From Candidatus Thorarchaeota archaeon (GTDB lineage Archaea; Asgardarchaeota; Thorarchaeia; Thorarchaeales; Thorarchaeaceae): DNA of 38,747 nucleotides. Where the stretch lies: contig SDNP01000029.1 of assembly GCA_004524445.1 (NCBI GenBank), positions 1-38,747 of the forward strand, written 5' to 3'. Shown here piece by piece: positions 28,131 through 37,950 of the stretch (its first letter is position 1; every line of letters begins with the position of its first letter). The translations under genes were made by a program, and so were the position numbers. Under the pieces are notes generated by a model. That model saw nothing but the letters and a program-made list of their open reading frames with translations. It was not told the DNA's origin and searched no databases.

Positions 28131-29480
28131 ATGTCTGAGAAGGTTTTTTCGCATATTGATGATCACATTGACGATGCCATAGATGATTTGGCTGAGTTCT
28201 GTTCAATTCCTTCTGTTGCTACAAAGGGAGAGAATATGCTAGACGCTGCCAATTTGGTGAAATCATGGCTTGAGTCCCTCGGACTTGAAACAGCTCTCCA
28301 CGAAACCTCAGGTTGGCCAGTTGTGACAGGCGAAATGGATGTGGGTGCAAAGCGCACACTTCTCTTCTACAATCATTATGACGTTCAGCCCGCTGAACCC
28401 TTTGACCTCTGGAAATCTCCTCCATTTGAACTCAGTCGCAGAAATGGGCGGCTCTATGCTAGAGGTGTAGCTGACAATAAGGGCGATATTGTTACACGCA
28501 TTTGGGCTTTGAAGGCATTGATCGAATCCGATGTTGAGATACCTGTTAATATTAAATTCGTCATTGAGGGGGAGGAGGAGATTGGAAGTCCGCACCTTCA
28601 TGAGTTTGTTAGAAAGAATGAAGATTTCATCAAGGCTGATGGTGGCATATGGGAGTTTGGCGGTTCTGGAATCGATGATAGACAAGAAGCATGGCTTGGC
28701 TTGAAGGGTCTCCTCTATGTTCAGCTCGAAGTAAAGAAGCTGAAAATGGATTCACATTCTGCAAATGCATGCGTTTTGCCGTCTGCTCCTTACAGACTAG
28801 TTTGGGCTCTGAATTCGTTGAAGAATGAAGACGGAAAGATACTGATAAAGGGCTTCTATGATGATGTAAACACACTTTCCAACGCTGAATTGGAGATAAT
28901 CAGAAACATAGAACTGTATGAGGATGATGTAAAGGAGTACTATGAAATTGACCAGTTCGTTAACGGTTTGGAAGGTCACGAACTTCAGATCGAATTTTAT
29001 AATGGGCCAACCTGCAACATATGTGGTATAGGAAGCGGTTGGCAAGGCGAAGGATCAAAGACGGTCTTGCCCGCGGAAGCTATGGTGAAGGTTGATTTTC
29101 GATTGGTGGAATCCATGGATCCCAACGACATCCTTTCTAAGCTTCAGAACCACTTCGATTCGGAAGGATTCTCAGACATCGAAATTGCCTGGCACGATGG
29201 ATATCCTGCGGCAAAGACGCCTGTAGACCATCCATTTGTGGAGGTCGTTAATACTGCAAATAAGAGAGTATTCGGTCATGACATCACGATACACCCCACT
29301 AACCCTGGTTCAGGCCCCCTCTACTTATTCAAAGACCACGTTCCTATGGTTTCTATTGGCTGTTCAGATTTCTATTCAAGGGCACACTCACCTAATGAAA
29401 CAATCAAAATAGAGAACTTTAGCAAGAGCATCAAACGAATCATTGTTTTGATTGAAGAGATGACCGCTTCTTTTGATTGA
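28131..29480 (+). CDS. M20 family metallopeptidase (dipeptidase/ArgE-DapE-like)
   Basis: YNHYDVQP, ARGVADNKG, EGEEEIGS, HSPNE. Confidence 0.94.
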   Translation: MSEKVFSHIDDHIDDAIDDLAEFCSIPSVATKGENMLDAANLVKSWLESLGLETALHETSGWPVVTGEMDVGAKRTLLFYNHYDVQPAEPFDLWKSPPFELSRRNGRLYARGVADNKGDIVTRIWALKALIESDVEIPVNIKFVIEGEEEIGSPHLHEFVRKNEDFIKADGGIWEFGGSGIDDRQEAWLGLKGLLYVQLEVKKLKMDSHSANACVLPSAPYRLVWALNSLKNEDGKILIKGFYDDVNTLSNAELEIIRNIELYEDDVKEYYEIDQFVNGLEGHELQIEFYNGPTCNICGIGSGWQGEGSKTVLPAEAMVKVDFRLVESMDPNDILSKLQNHFDSEGFSDIEIAWHDGYPAAKTPVDHPFVEVVNTANKRVFGHDITIHPTNPGSGPLYLFKDHVPMVSIGCSDFYSRAHSPNETIKIENFSKSIKRIIVLIEEMTASFD

Positions 29481-29539
29481 TGGACCGCAAGTTTTCTGTT
29501 TGAACTATAGTAATAGGCGAGTCAAGTTAGTATGATACT

Positions 29540-29586
29540 CACCCCGTCATGAAAACCCATCCCGTAAGGATGGTGGATAAACTCAC
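29540..29586 (+). mobile_element. Probable IS200/IS605-family right-end relic, no transposase
   Basis: GAAAACCCATCCCGTAAGGATGGTGGATAAACTCAC: subterminal hairpin CCATCC/GGATGG followed ~10 nt later by TCAC. Confidence 0.5.
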
Positions 29587-29750
29587 AAAAAAAAGGTATG
29601 TATCAACCAATACAACATTGGCATGCGCTTATTGCTTCATGGGGGTAAAAGAATGTGTTTTATCTATCCATACCTTCACTCTCGGATTTGCTTGCATGAA
29701 CGCGTTATGGAATTTTTCGGAATAAGCATAATACATTTACTCGACAACAA

Positions 29751-31307
29751 TTATGGCAGAGGCGGCCTCAATTTCAATCCTTTCTCCCATTCCACTTCAA
29801 AACTGTACGATAGAATAGTTTCCTCATTTGGATGGGCTTCCAAATTCCATTCCAAAACCCCCATTTCTTGCTTTTCAGGATGGGGTTCAGCCTGTTTAAG
29901 TTCCACATTAACCTTCTCTGATGAGCTATGGGGAATTCTATCGACTACTCTAATCGGTACATCCTTCTTCGCATACGACTGAATCTTTAGTTCATATTTG
30001 TATTCACGACGGGTCTTTCCTCTCGTTAGACCTGCCTTCTCGGTTTCCTTTGTCTTGAGTAGTTTTTCGCACTTAACGTCATACGAAACTCTGGTTCCAA
30101 TCCCAATCTTTTCATCTGGTGCAACAATATCCATTGCGGTTTCCCCAATGAAATCGCCATCTGCGTAAATCCTTGCCTTACCAGGCAAAAGCATTGAATC
30201 GCCAATTGTGACTTCATTTTGAGCTACTGGTTCTGCCATGGCATATGCATTCCAGAAATACATGAGGCGAGATGAAAGGTCTTCTCTCGTCAGCGTTACG
30301 GGGCTTGGATCTGCATCCGAGAGCACAGTCACCCTTCCAGGAATATCATACTGGACAATACCTCCTAGCGTCTGAGAGGCTTCTGCATATGCTGGCTTCA
30401 ATCTATCAGTACTAACTGATACCTCCATGGGCGAGATTTCTCTTGCTATGCCAAATCCTGCCTTATCTGCTCTGGATGGTCTAGGTTCATATGCCCTCGA
30501 AGCAGCATCGACGTAGTACGGTTGAGGTCGAATAGCCTCTACAGGCCGCATTGATGCTGTTGAAACGGTTAGATCGACATCAATCCAGTCTTCTAGACTG
30601 TGATTGACAACATTGGCAATTCTTTTGACTGCAGCCCTTTCATCAGTGAGGTCGATATCATATGCGGGCTCCCACCTGGCAAATTTATGCAGATAGGAAA
30701 TCTCCAAGTCTACAGTAGTTTCTTTGATGGCCTCAAGTGCAATTCGGACTATCGTTTTTGTTTCAGTTTTTCTTGCTGCTCCTACCCTATTGATATTAGC
30801 ATTTACCGTCCTGATTTTAGCTTCAACATCTTCCAACTCGTAGCCGAGGTCTCGTATCTTCTTTTTAGCTTCGCCAAGTGCTTCTGTGATAAAGATGTGG
30901 CTTTTGTCCAATATCTCAAGAGGTGTATCTTTAAGCGGATACCATTTGCCAAATTCACTAGAGAAGTGCTCCAGGATGGATGTAAGATACTTTACCCTCT
31001 CTTGTTGAGTCGATATCCTATCCACAATGCCCTTCTTTCCTTCTTCAAGTATATCCAACTCATTCCTCAGGTTTCCTATTTCATTTTCAGGCCCGAATGT
31101 CTTGGTCACTCGCTTAGTATCGACGTTTTTCAATTTGGCATGTCCCTTCCCCTTGGCGCGGAAACTATCTGTTTCTGCATACCTGGAGATATCCCCCATC
31201 CTAACGATATGCTGTCCAGGTTTCACATCAATCTTGCCAACGCGCGTGACCTTGGCTCCATCTCGGAATACAACCACTCTGTCGATTTTGGTATCACATT
31301 CAATCAT
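29751..31307 (-). CDS. DUF4140/DUF4139 (MuiA-like) protein, copy 2
   Basis: IDRVVVFRDGAKVTR, coiled coil, WEPAYD, EDWIDVDLTVSTA, DRIPHS. Confidence 0.9.
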   Translation of the reverse strand: MIECDTKIDRVVVFRDGAKVTRVGKIDVKPGQHIVRMGDISRYAETDSFRAKGKGHAKLKNVDTKRVTKTFGPENEIGNLRNELDILEEGKKGIVDRISTQQERVKYLTSILEHFSSEFGKWYPLKDTPLEILDKSHIFITEALGEAKKKIRDLGYELEDVEAKIRTVNANINRVGAARKTETKTIVRIALEAIKETTVDLEISYLHKFARWEPAYDIDLTDERAAVKRIANVVNHSLEDWIDVDLTVSTASMRPVEAIRPQPYYVDAASRAYEPRPSRADKAGFGIAREISPMEVSVSTDRLKPAYAEASQTLGGIVQYDIPGRVTVLSDADPSPVTLTREDLSSRLMYFWNAYAMAEPVAQNEVTIGDSMLLPGKARIYADGDFIGETAMDIVAPDEKIGIGTRVSYDVKCEKLLKTKETEKAGLTRGKTRREYKYELKIQSYAKKDVPIRVVDRIPHSSSEKVNVELKQAEPHPEKQEMGVLEWNLEAHPNEETILSYSFEVEWEKGLKLRPPLP

Positions 31308-31319
31308 TCCAATCCACTC

Positions 31320-32903
31320 CTAGGGTAGCGGCGGGACAATGACCGTTTCCTTGTCCCAAGTCACTTTGTATGCGTATTCGATTGATTTCGAGGTTCCCTC
31401 TTTTATTTTTAATTCCCATTCAAGAATGCCAAGCTGTGACTTCTTTGGTTGGGGCACTGTTTCCAGAACTTCAATTTCTATCGATGGGTTGAGACTATGA
31501 GGAACTCTATCCTTTACAGCAACCTCGATTCTCTTCTTTTCAAAATTCTCAAGGATCAAAGTATATCCGTAATTCTGTTGGATCTTTCCTCTGGTTAATC
31601 CTGATTTTTGAATATCCCTCTTTACCAGTTTCTTTTCACCCTTGACTTTGTTTGCGATTCTCGTGCCAATCTTAAACGATTCATGTGGAGCAATTTGTGG
31701 GATTGATGTTTCGCCTACCAGATCATTCCCTTCATAGACTTTCACTTCGCCTGGTAGAATTAACTGGGATCCGTTTGTTACTTCATTCTGCGCGACAACA
31801 TATACCATCTCATCAGCGTACCAGTAGTATATTGTTGAGGAATCTAGCTCCTCCTCTGATAAAGCAATAGGATGTTCCTCGTCATCAGGTGGAATTGAAG
31901 TAGTATCTGGCACGTCATAAACTGAGATTCCCGATACTGTTTCAGATGATTCGGCAAATGTTTCCTCTAATTCTGGTGGCGGACTTGGAGGTGGAGCTGT
32001 ACCTGATTTCTCCAAGGCTTCTGGTTCAGCAGCGGCAGCTGGCGCCATTTTCATACTTCTTTTTGCCCTCTCCTTTCTAGCCCTAGCATCTTCAGGGTCA
32101 TATGCTGTTATGTACAGAGGGGTACCCTCTATGGCATGTGCTGGAGTAGCTGTCGCTGTGGAAACTCTTAGGCGTACATCCTTCCAATCCTCCCCAGTAC
32201 AATTGCGTATGAGCGCCATTCTTCTTATCCTGCATGAGTTTCGACCAACTTTGACATCGTAACTTGGACTCCAGCTTGCGCCATCCGTCTGGTAAGTGAG
32301 TTCCAGCTGAATGGTTCCTTTTTCTTCAGCCTCCAAGTCTATATCCACATCATAGAACACTTCTGTTTTTCTTTTGCTGTCGAGCTTCCCAATTTCTGAT
32401 TCTAGTATCTCAATTTCCGTTTGAATCTCCTGTCGCTTTTTTCTCAGCTCCCTCAGCTTCTTTCGAGTCTTATTCTTCACCTCTGAGCTCTTAGAGTCGA
32501 TATTTTTCAGCTGCGATATGTCCGTTTCATTCGCAGCCAAAATGGTACCGTAGTTTTCTGAAAAATCGTCCAATAACTGTTGCATGCTGGAAATTCTCAG
32601 ATTTTCAATTTCTATCTCGTCATCCAATGCCAGCAGCCTTCGCCGTAATTCCTTCAGCTTTGAATAAATGTGATCAATATCCTCCTTAGGTTCAAAGAGC
32701 CGTTCCTTTCTTTGTACGTCAAGGGAGGCAATGTGTGCCTTTCCGTGTCCATCAACACGGAAACTATCCTCAATTGCTGAGGAAGAGATTCCTCCTAATC
32801 TAACTTTCAGATCTCCAGGTTCTACTTCCACTGAACCTATTCTAGTCACTCTGGCTCCATTTCTGAATACTGCAACTCTGGATATTGACGCCTCTATTTC
32901 CAT
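31320..32903 (-). CDS. DUF4140/DUF4139 (MuiA-like) protein, copy 1
   Basis: ISRVAVFRNGARVTR, coiled coil, WSPSYD, TGEDWKDVRLRVSTA, DRVPHS. Confidence 0.9.
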   Translation of the reverse strand: MEIEASISRVAVFRNGARVTRIGSVEVEPGDLKVRLGGISSSAIEDSFRVDGHGKAHIASLDVQRKERLFEPKEDIDHIYSKLKELRRRLLALDDEIEIENLRISSMQQLLDDFSENYGTILAANETDISQLKNIDSKSSEVKNKTRKKLRELRKKRQEIQTEIEILESEIGKLDSKRKTEVFYDVDIDLEAEEKGTIQLELTYQTDGASWSPSYDVKVGRNSCRIRRMALIRNCTGEDWKDVRLRVSTATATPAHAIEGTPLYITAYDPEDARARKERAKRSMKMAPAAAAEPEALEKSGTAPPPSPPPELEETFAESSETVSGISVYDVPDTTSIPPDDEEHPIALSEEELDSSTIYYWYADEMVYVVAQNEVTNGSQLILPGEVKVYEGNDLVGETSIPQIAPHESFKIGTRIANKVKGEKKLVKRDIQKSGLTRGKIQQNYGYTLILENFEKKRIEVAVKDRVPHSLNPSIEIEVLETVPQPKKSQLGILEWELKIKEGTSKSIEYAYKVTWDKETVIVPPLP

Positions 32904-33112
32904 TATGACAAATCTCCAATCTGGAGTGGACAATACCATCATTTATTCTTTGAGTAGAATCATTGAATTTGCCAAATCGATTCAAAATGACATTCTTCCG
33001 TGTGTGACCTTGTGACAACTAAACTTTTCAGCATGCGAAACCTTTGAATTGATATATCTTCAACCAAAATTCACAGCAAAATGCACGCATCTTAAGGCAG
33101 TGACACCCAAAA

Positions 33113-33499
33113 ATGACCACCCGCATCTTCATTGTTGATGACGAACCAAGAGTAGCAGAAATTCTGGAAACCTATCTCCAAAAAGAAATGCCGGATATTG
33201 AAGTCATCTGTGCTTCAGATGGAAAGGATGCTGTGGAGAAAATGGCCATGATGCTGGCAGATGATGTAACTCCTGACATGACTCTGATGGATCTCAGAAT
33301 GCCTATCATGGACGGTATTGAATCAAGCAAGCAGTTATCTGAAATGGGTGTTGAAAATATCCATATTCTCACCGCATATGTAGACCCAGAGCTTAAGGAG
33401 ATAGCTATCACGGTGGGGGCTGAGGGAGTAATCGATAAATCCGAGGGTTATGCCAAGATTGCCGAGCGTCTTGCTGCAATGGTGAATGAAAAGAAATAA
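33113..33499 (+). CDS. Stand-alone receiver-domain response regulator
   Basis: IVDDE, LMDLRMPIMDG (phospho-Asp), ILTA, IDKS. Confidence 0.93.
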   Translation: MTTRIFIVDDEPRVAEILETYLQKEMPDIEVICASDGKDAVEKMAMMLADDVTPDMTLMDLRMPIMDGIESSKQLSEMGVENIHILTAYVDPELKEIAITVGAEGVIDKSEGYAKIAERLAAMVNEKK

Positions 33500-33605
33500 T
33501 CAAGTGCCATTCTGCACTGTTCCTTTGATTGATCATTTCTGTGATGTACAGCTGTCTTAATCACTTGGAAAATGATTGTGAATCCGTCTAATCTACTATA
33601 TTCAC

Positions 33606-33651
33606 TGAAAAAGGAAAATATGAAATGCGAAACCCGGGACGGTGCCCGGGT
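33606..33651 (-). terminator. Terminator downstream of rubredoxin
   Basis: ACCCGGG-N6-CCCGGGT hairpin (33632-33651) followed by a T-rich tract on the minus strand. Confidence 0.65.
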
Positions 33652-33677
33652 AAGTATTGCGAATTAGCAGGATTCTA

Positions 33678-33842
33678 CTAATCAGAGATTTTCTCAAAGT
33701 CGTCCTTGCTTGCTCCACACATTGGACAAACCCAATCATCGGGTATATCTTCGAACTTGGTTCCTGGTTCCACTCCGCTGTCTGGATCTCCCTTCTCTTC
33801 GTCGTAAATCCATCCACAGACCAAACATTCCCATTTTGCCAT
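33678..33842 (-). CDS. Rubredoxin (54 aa; below the ORF-track size cutoff)
   Basis: Manual translation [54 protein letters not shown]. Confidence 0.97.
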   Translation of the reverse strand: MAKWECLVCGWIYDEEKGDPDSGVEPGTKFEDIPDDWVCPMCGASKDDFEKISD

Positions 33843-33974
33843 TTGTTGATTCACCGTTTTCTTTGCTAATGCTTTTTTCTAATACAATAGTCATTCCATC
33901 CGAATACACATGGCGGATAAAAGCCTTCGGATGGGCCGAAAGTCAAGTCAATCCAGTCTGACCTGTTTGCATCT

Positions 33975-35285
33975 TCACTCACTGTCAGCTTCGTTTTCGA
34001 GCTCCGAGGTTTCTCCACTTTCTGATTCTGAAACTGATTCTTCTTCCTCCAGTAGCGGTGGCTCCTCTCCATCAGCCTCATCCATGTCGGGGAATTCTTC
34101 AGACATATCTTCCTCACTTGGCGGCGGTTCTTCAGGAGGGAATTCTTCCTCGGTTGACACTGCTTCTTCGGGCTTGATTTCTTCTACCTGTTCCTCCTCA
34201 CCAACAACCTCCAGCTCCTCGGGAGTTTCTGGTACTTTCTGAGCCTTTCTAACTCTGTATATGAACCGAATCTCCATCAGAAGTGCGATCAAGGGGAATA
34301 TGAGAAGCTTCACACCGTCTCCAAGACCTCCCTGTGACGCTCCCGCAAGGATACTGAATGTCACATCAACGAACATAAACCCAGAGGCTAGGAAGAATGT
34401 TAGCGTCGCAGCAGCTTCTTTTGATATCTTCAATCGCGTTTCCATATCTGCCCTGCTAGCCAGGGTCTGTCCTACGGAGCTCATAGTGTACAAAATGAAA
34501 AAGATGGTGACTCCTAGGCTGACAAGGTCAATACCTGGCTGAAATCCCTTTAGTACATTATAGGTGAAATATGCGGAATATAAGGAGATGAATATGCTCA
34601 GCAGAACAATGTTCGCAGCATGCGGCTTATTCCGCTCCCACGCTACAATTACTCCATTCAGAAAATTGAAACCCAGTGCAAGGAGCATTCCAAGTATACC
34701 GAAAAACAATGCTGATGTATATGGGGGCAGGAGTATGGGTGGGTTTACAAATAGAACAGTATAGACAAAGGCACCAATGATGACAATGTAGTTGAAAATA
34801 TTGGCAACCCCAAATAGAAATGATGTCAATTTAGATGATTCATCTACTTGAACCCCGCTAGCATAAGTCAATGATGTCCGAGCTGAGAAATAGGATTGAA
34901 AGCCAATCCATCCAACAAAAGCGATGCCTATGTATATGACACTGAATACAGGAAATGCGAACACTATGAGCACAAATAGTAGGATTCCACTGGTAATAAT
35001 CCATGGAATGAACCGAATGAGTGATTTCTTGTATGATTCTTCACTCGCCACGAATCTTTGAAACCCAGCCAATGAAACAAAGAATGTGAGCATGAAAAAT
35101 GTTGGGAAAATGCCCCAGATGAGTGATACAAGCAAGCCGAATCCCCCGAAAATTGTTCCTATTTGCTCCCATAATGTAATCAAAACGGCTCCGACGAAAA
35201 AGACAATAGTTAACCATCTTAGCCGGTTAGACTCAAAAAACATCTTCAGTCCATTTATGAACTTGGTAATCATTGGAATCTCCAT
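33975..35285 (-). CDS. Polytopic membrane protein with a long acidic, disordered C-terminal tail
   Basis: ~10 TM helices followed by ~85 aa rich in Glu/Pro/Ser; GGAGG SD. Confidence 0.85.
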   Translation of the reverse strand: MEIPMITKFINGLKMFFESNRLRWLTIVFFVGAVLITLWEQIGTIFGGFGLLVSLIWGIFPTFFMLTFFVSLAGFQRFVASEESYKKSLIRFIPWIITSGILLFVLIVFAFPVFSVIYIGIAFVGWIGFQSYFSARTSLTYASGVQVDESSKLTSFLFGVANIFNYIVIIGAFVYTVLFVNPPILLPPYTSALFFGILGMLLALGFNFLNGVIVAWERNKPHAANIVLLSIFISLYSAYFTYNVLKGFQPGIDLVSLGVTIFFILYTMSSVGQTLASRADMETRLKISKEAAATLTFFLASGFMFVDVTFSILAGASQGGLGDGVKLLIFPLIALLMEIRFIYRVRKAQKVPETPEELEVVGEEEQVEEIKPEEAVSTEEEFPPEEPPPSEEDMSEEFPDMDEADGEEPPLLEEEESVSESESGETSELENEADSE

Positions 35286-35327
35286 TAGTTTTTCCTCCTG
35301 ATAGGTGCATTTAGAATAACAGAAGTT

Positions 35328-35795
35328 CTATTTATTCTTGAGCACGTATAACATTTCTGCTTCTAAGGTATCTTTAATCTTCGGTTTTTCAATAAGTTGC
35401 GCAATACGGTTGCCAGCGTCATCGACAAACTCGAACCAAGGTATTGCCGTCACATTCCACTCTTCAATCTCGGGAGGTGAAGGCGGAATCTTCCATTGGT
35501 GATCCGGGTCAAGTGGTGCAGTCTTGATTTTGTCGAATACCCTTACCTCCATGCCAATCTGCTCTACGAGAAGCTTGATGACTGGCATTGCATTCTTACA
35601 ATCTCCACACCAAGCAGCACTGAACACAATAGTTGTGATGTTATTCATCTGGTCGCGAAGCTCTTCCACCACATTGCTGTCTAAGTCGTACTGCTCATAC
35701 ATTTCCATTACAATATCTCGATTCTTATCATCCAGTGACTCGATATAGTCATCCACAGAAATCGTTCTCTTTCTAATATCCTTCAGGTCTACCAT
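35328..35795 (-). CDS. Thioredoxin-family protein
   Basis: WCGDC active site and AIP cis-Pro loop. Confidence 0.88.
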   Translation of the reverse strand: MVDLKDIRKRTISVDDYIESLDDKNRDIVMEMYEQYDLDSNVVEELRDQMNNITTIVFSAAWCGDCKNAMPVIKLLVEQIGMEVRVFDKIKTAPLDPDHQWKIPPSPPEIEEWNVTAIPWFEFVDDAGNRIAQLIEKPKIKDTLEAEMLYVLKNK

Positions 35796-35958
35796 AATTA
35801 TATTTTGAATCGAAGGTTGCTCTAAAGCATTTTCATACGCAAAAAGAACCAATCAAAGATGCACTTCGAATTTTCAGAGATTGACTATGTATGAGTTATA
35901 AGGTACCGTCACCGTGAAGGAGAATACGTATCGGATGGACCTCTGGGACTTGAAAACA

Positions 35959-36504
35959 ATGACTGCACAAGTCTACAAAACACTGGTCATGGGCCCGCGA
36001 AATGTGGGCAAGACCTCGCTTATTCAGCGATATCTGAAGGATGACTTCAAAGAATCCTATACCGCAACGATTGGTGTTGGGATGAATGTGGCCAGTTTCG
36101 AATTTCCCGAAGGTAAGGTTGTATTGAGTGTCGTTGACCTGGGAGGACAGCATTCCTTTACCGCTCTCCGCAATAGATTTTATGCGGGATCTCAACATGT
36201 AATTCTGGTTTTTGATGTCACCGAGCGAGCAACGTTCGACGAGATTCCAAAATGGTTTGACAATCTGGTTGAGAGCGTCTGTATCTCAGGAGCTATGACA
36301 ATACCTGGGTCTCTTGTTGGTAACAAGATTGACTTGGAGCAACAGAGAGTTGTTTCCAATGAGGAAGCAGAAAACCTCGCAAGAATCCTTTCACTAAAAT
36401 ATTTCGAAACTAGCGCGAAGGATGGTAGCCATGTCAGTGAGCTGTTCTTTCATGCTGCAGCGTCCTGTCATGAGCTCTCGACTCGGGTTCATGACTCTCC
36501 TTAG
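35959..36504 (+). CDS. Rab/Ras-like small GTPase (eukaryotic signature protein)
   Basis: G1 GPRNVGKT, G2 YTATIG, G3 DLGGQ, G4 NKID, G5 ETSAK; start could be as far upstream as 35914. Confidence 0.93.
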   Translation: MTAQVYKTLVMGPRNVGKTSLIQRYLKDDFKESYTATIGVGMNVASFEFPEGKVVLSVVDLGGQHSFTALRNRFYAGSQHVILVFDVTERATFDEIPKWFDNLVESVCISGAMTIPGSLVGNKIDLEQQRVVSNEEAENLARILSLKYFETSAKDGSHVSELFFHAAASCHELSTRVHDSP

Positions 36505-36570
36505 GTTTCTGTCGTAGAGAGGCTTATCCGTGCTGAACCGCCTAGCCACTTGGTGTTCCTTGCTCTATTT

Positions 36571-37950
36571 CTATTGTGTTGCCGCTGACATTCTGCAATT
36601 CTCTACTTTCACCGTTGGAATAAATGTAGGAATTCCCACTTCCCACCAATAGACCTGCTTTCGGTCCTTTCCCATGGCAATGATGTTTGAAAACATTCGT
36701 AGTGTGTTGTCACTGATTCGCAGATTCTTGATAGGTTTCATTTCCCCGTCTTCAATTAGAAACATAGCGTCTCTCGGAATTGTGGAGAACTCGCCTGTCT
36801 GATAATTCTGGAATCGTGTGTACCAATTACAGGTCACATATATCGTGGATTTGTTGGTTTCAGTCATCTCATCAAATGAATGCTCACCTTCATTGAAGAC
36901 GATATTTGTGTAAGTGGGTAAAAGCATCTTCAACCCTGACCCCCAGGATATTATCCCAGAATTTCCCGTCGTTTGTGTTTCATACATCTTTGCTGTGCTT
37001 GTGTTATGAACTAGGTTCTTCAGTACACCCGATTCAATGATTGCAGTCCTCTCTGTGGGGGTGCCTTCGAAATCAAACGCACTGCTGCCAAGACCCTGTG
37101 GAATCCTAGGATCGTCAATTGCGTTGACATATTCTGGTGCTAGCTGCTCTCCCATCTTATCACCTAGTGGCGACATCCCTATCATAATCATGAATGGATT
37201 GGCTGAGGTTGGTATTATACCGATGATATCAGCCGCCACAGTAGGACTCAAAATCAAATCATAGGTGCCTGGCTCTCCCTGCTCTGCACCATCTGCTTTT
37301 TTGGATAGACTTCCGGCTTCCTTTCCAGCTGCTATCATCTCTGATTCGGATTCTGACGGAATTGTTCCACAGAACAGCCCTTGACCCGAATAGTCCAGCT
37401 CATCCTGAAAGGCTCGCACATTGAGATCAAATTGAGTACTCTGTGATGCGCCTTCAGGACCATAACTAGAACGGAAGAAAGCATGCTCTTTGGAGAATTT
37501 CAAGGCTCCCGCCACTCGCTTTGCGCCCTCTTCTAGCGCGCTATCGATTGTTGAATTGACCAGATGAGGAGCTTTCTCTACAAAGGCATCGTACTTCTCA
37601 TCATAGTTCTTTTCAATAACATCATACTCGTGAACCTTATCCTCAACACCCGCAAATACCATTGATTCAGGCAGCATCTTGGTGAATTTCACCATGTCAT
37701 CAATCAGAGGATGGACCTCTTCTTTTTTCGAGATTGACCGTTCGGTGAAGCCAGTCTTGTTTCCTTCAAGAATGAGAAATGCCTTGAGAGTCAAAGTCTC
37801 CCATTGCTTTCCAATATCGATAGCATTTCTAGAGAATCTGATTTGCGAACCAGACTTGATTTCACCTCTGACAATCACGCCTTCCGTTTTCTTCTCAGCA
37901 TAGCTAATTGCTTCATCAACAAATTCCTTCATTTTTTCTACTGCAACCAT
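36571..37950 (-). CDS. pmbA: TldE/PmbA-family protein
   Basis: IRFSRN, FDFEGTPT, GEFST; lacks HExxxH; TGATG overlap with tldD. Confidence 0.88.
   Translation of the reverse strand: MVAVEKMKEFVDEAISYAEKKTEGVIVRGEIKSGSQIRFSRNAIDIGKQWETLTLKAFLILEGNKTGFTERSISKKEEVHPLIDDMVKFTKMLPESMVFAGVEDKVHEYDVIEKNYDEKYDAFVEKAPHLVNSTIDSALEEGAKRVAGALKFSKEHAFFRSSYGPEGASQSTQFDLNVRAFQDELDYSGQGLFCGTIPSESESEMIAAGKEAGSLSKKADGAEQGEPGTYDLILSPTVAADIIGIIPTSANPFMIMIGMSPLGDKMGEQLAPEYVNAIDDPRIPQGLGSSAFDFEGTPTERTAIIESGVLKNLVHNTSTAKMYETQTTGNSGIISWGSGLKMLLPTYTNIVFNEGEHSFDEMTETNKSTIYVTCNWYTRFQNYQTGEFSTIPRDAMFLIEDGEMKPIKNLRISDNTLRMFSNIIAMGKDRKQVYWWEVGIPTFIPTVKVENCRMSAATQ

Noticed and set aside
29623-29982. 119-aa + strand ORF next to the IS-like end
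   Set aside because: No TnpA HUH or TnpB RuvC motifs; largely antisense to DUF4139.
33602-33961. ORF-track calls of 70-83 aa
   Set aside because: They overlap the real rubredoxin gene in other frames.
33910-34242. Ser/Gly-rich 110-aa ORF
   Set aside because: Antisense mirror of the Glu/Pro tail of the membrane protein.
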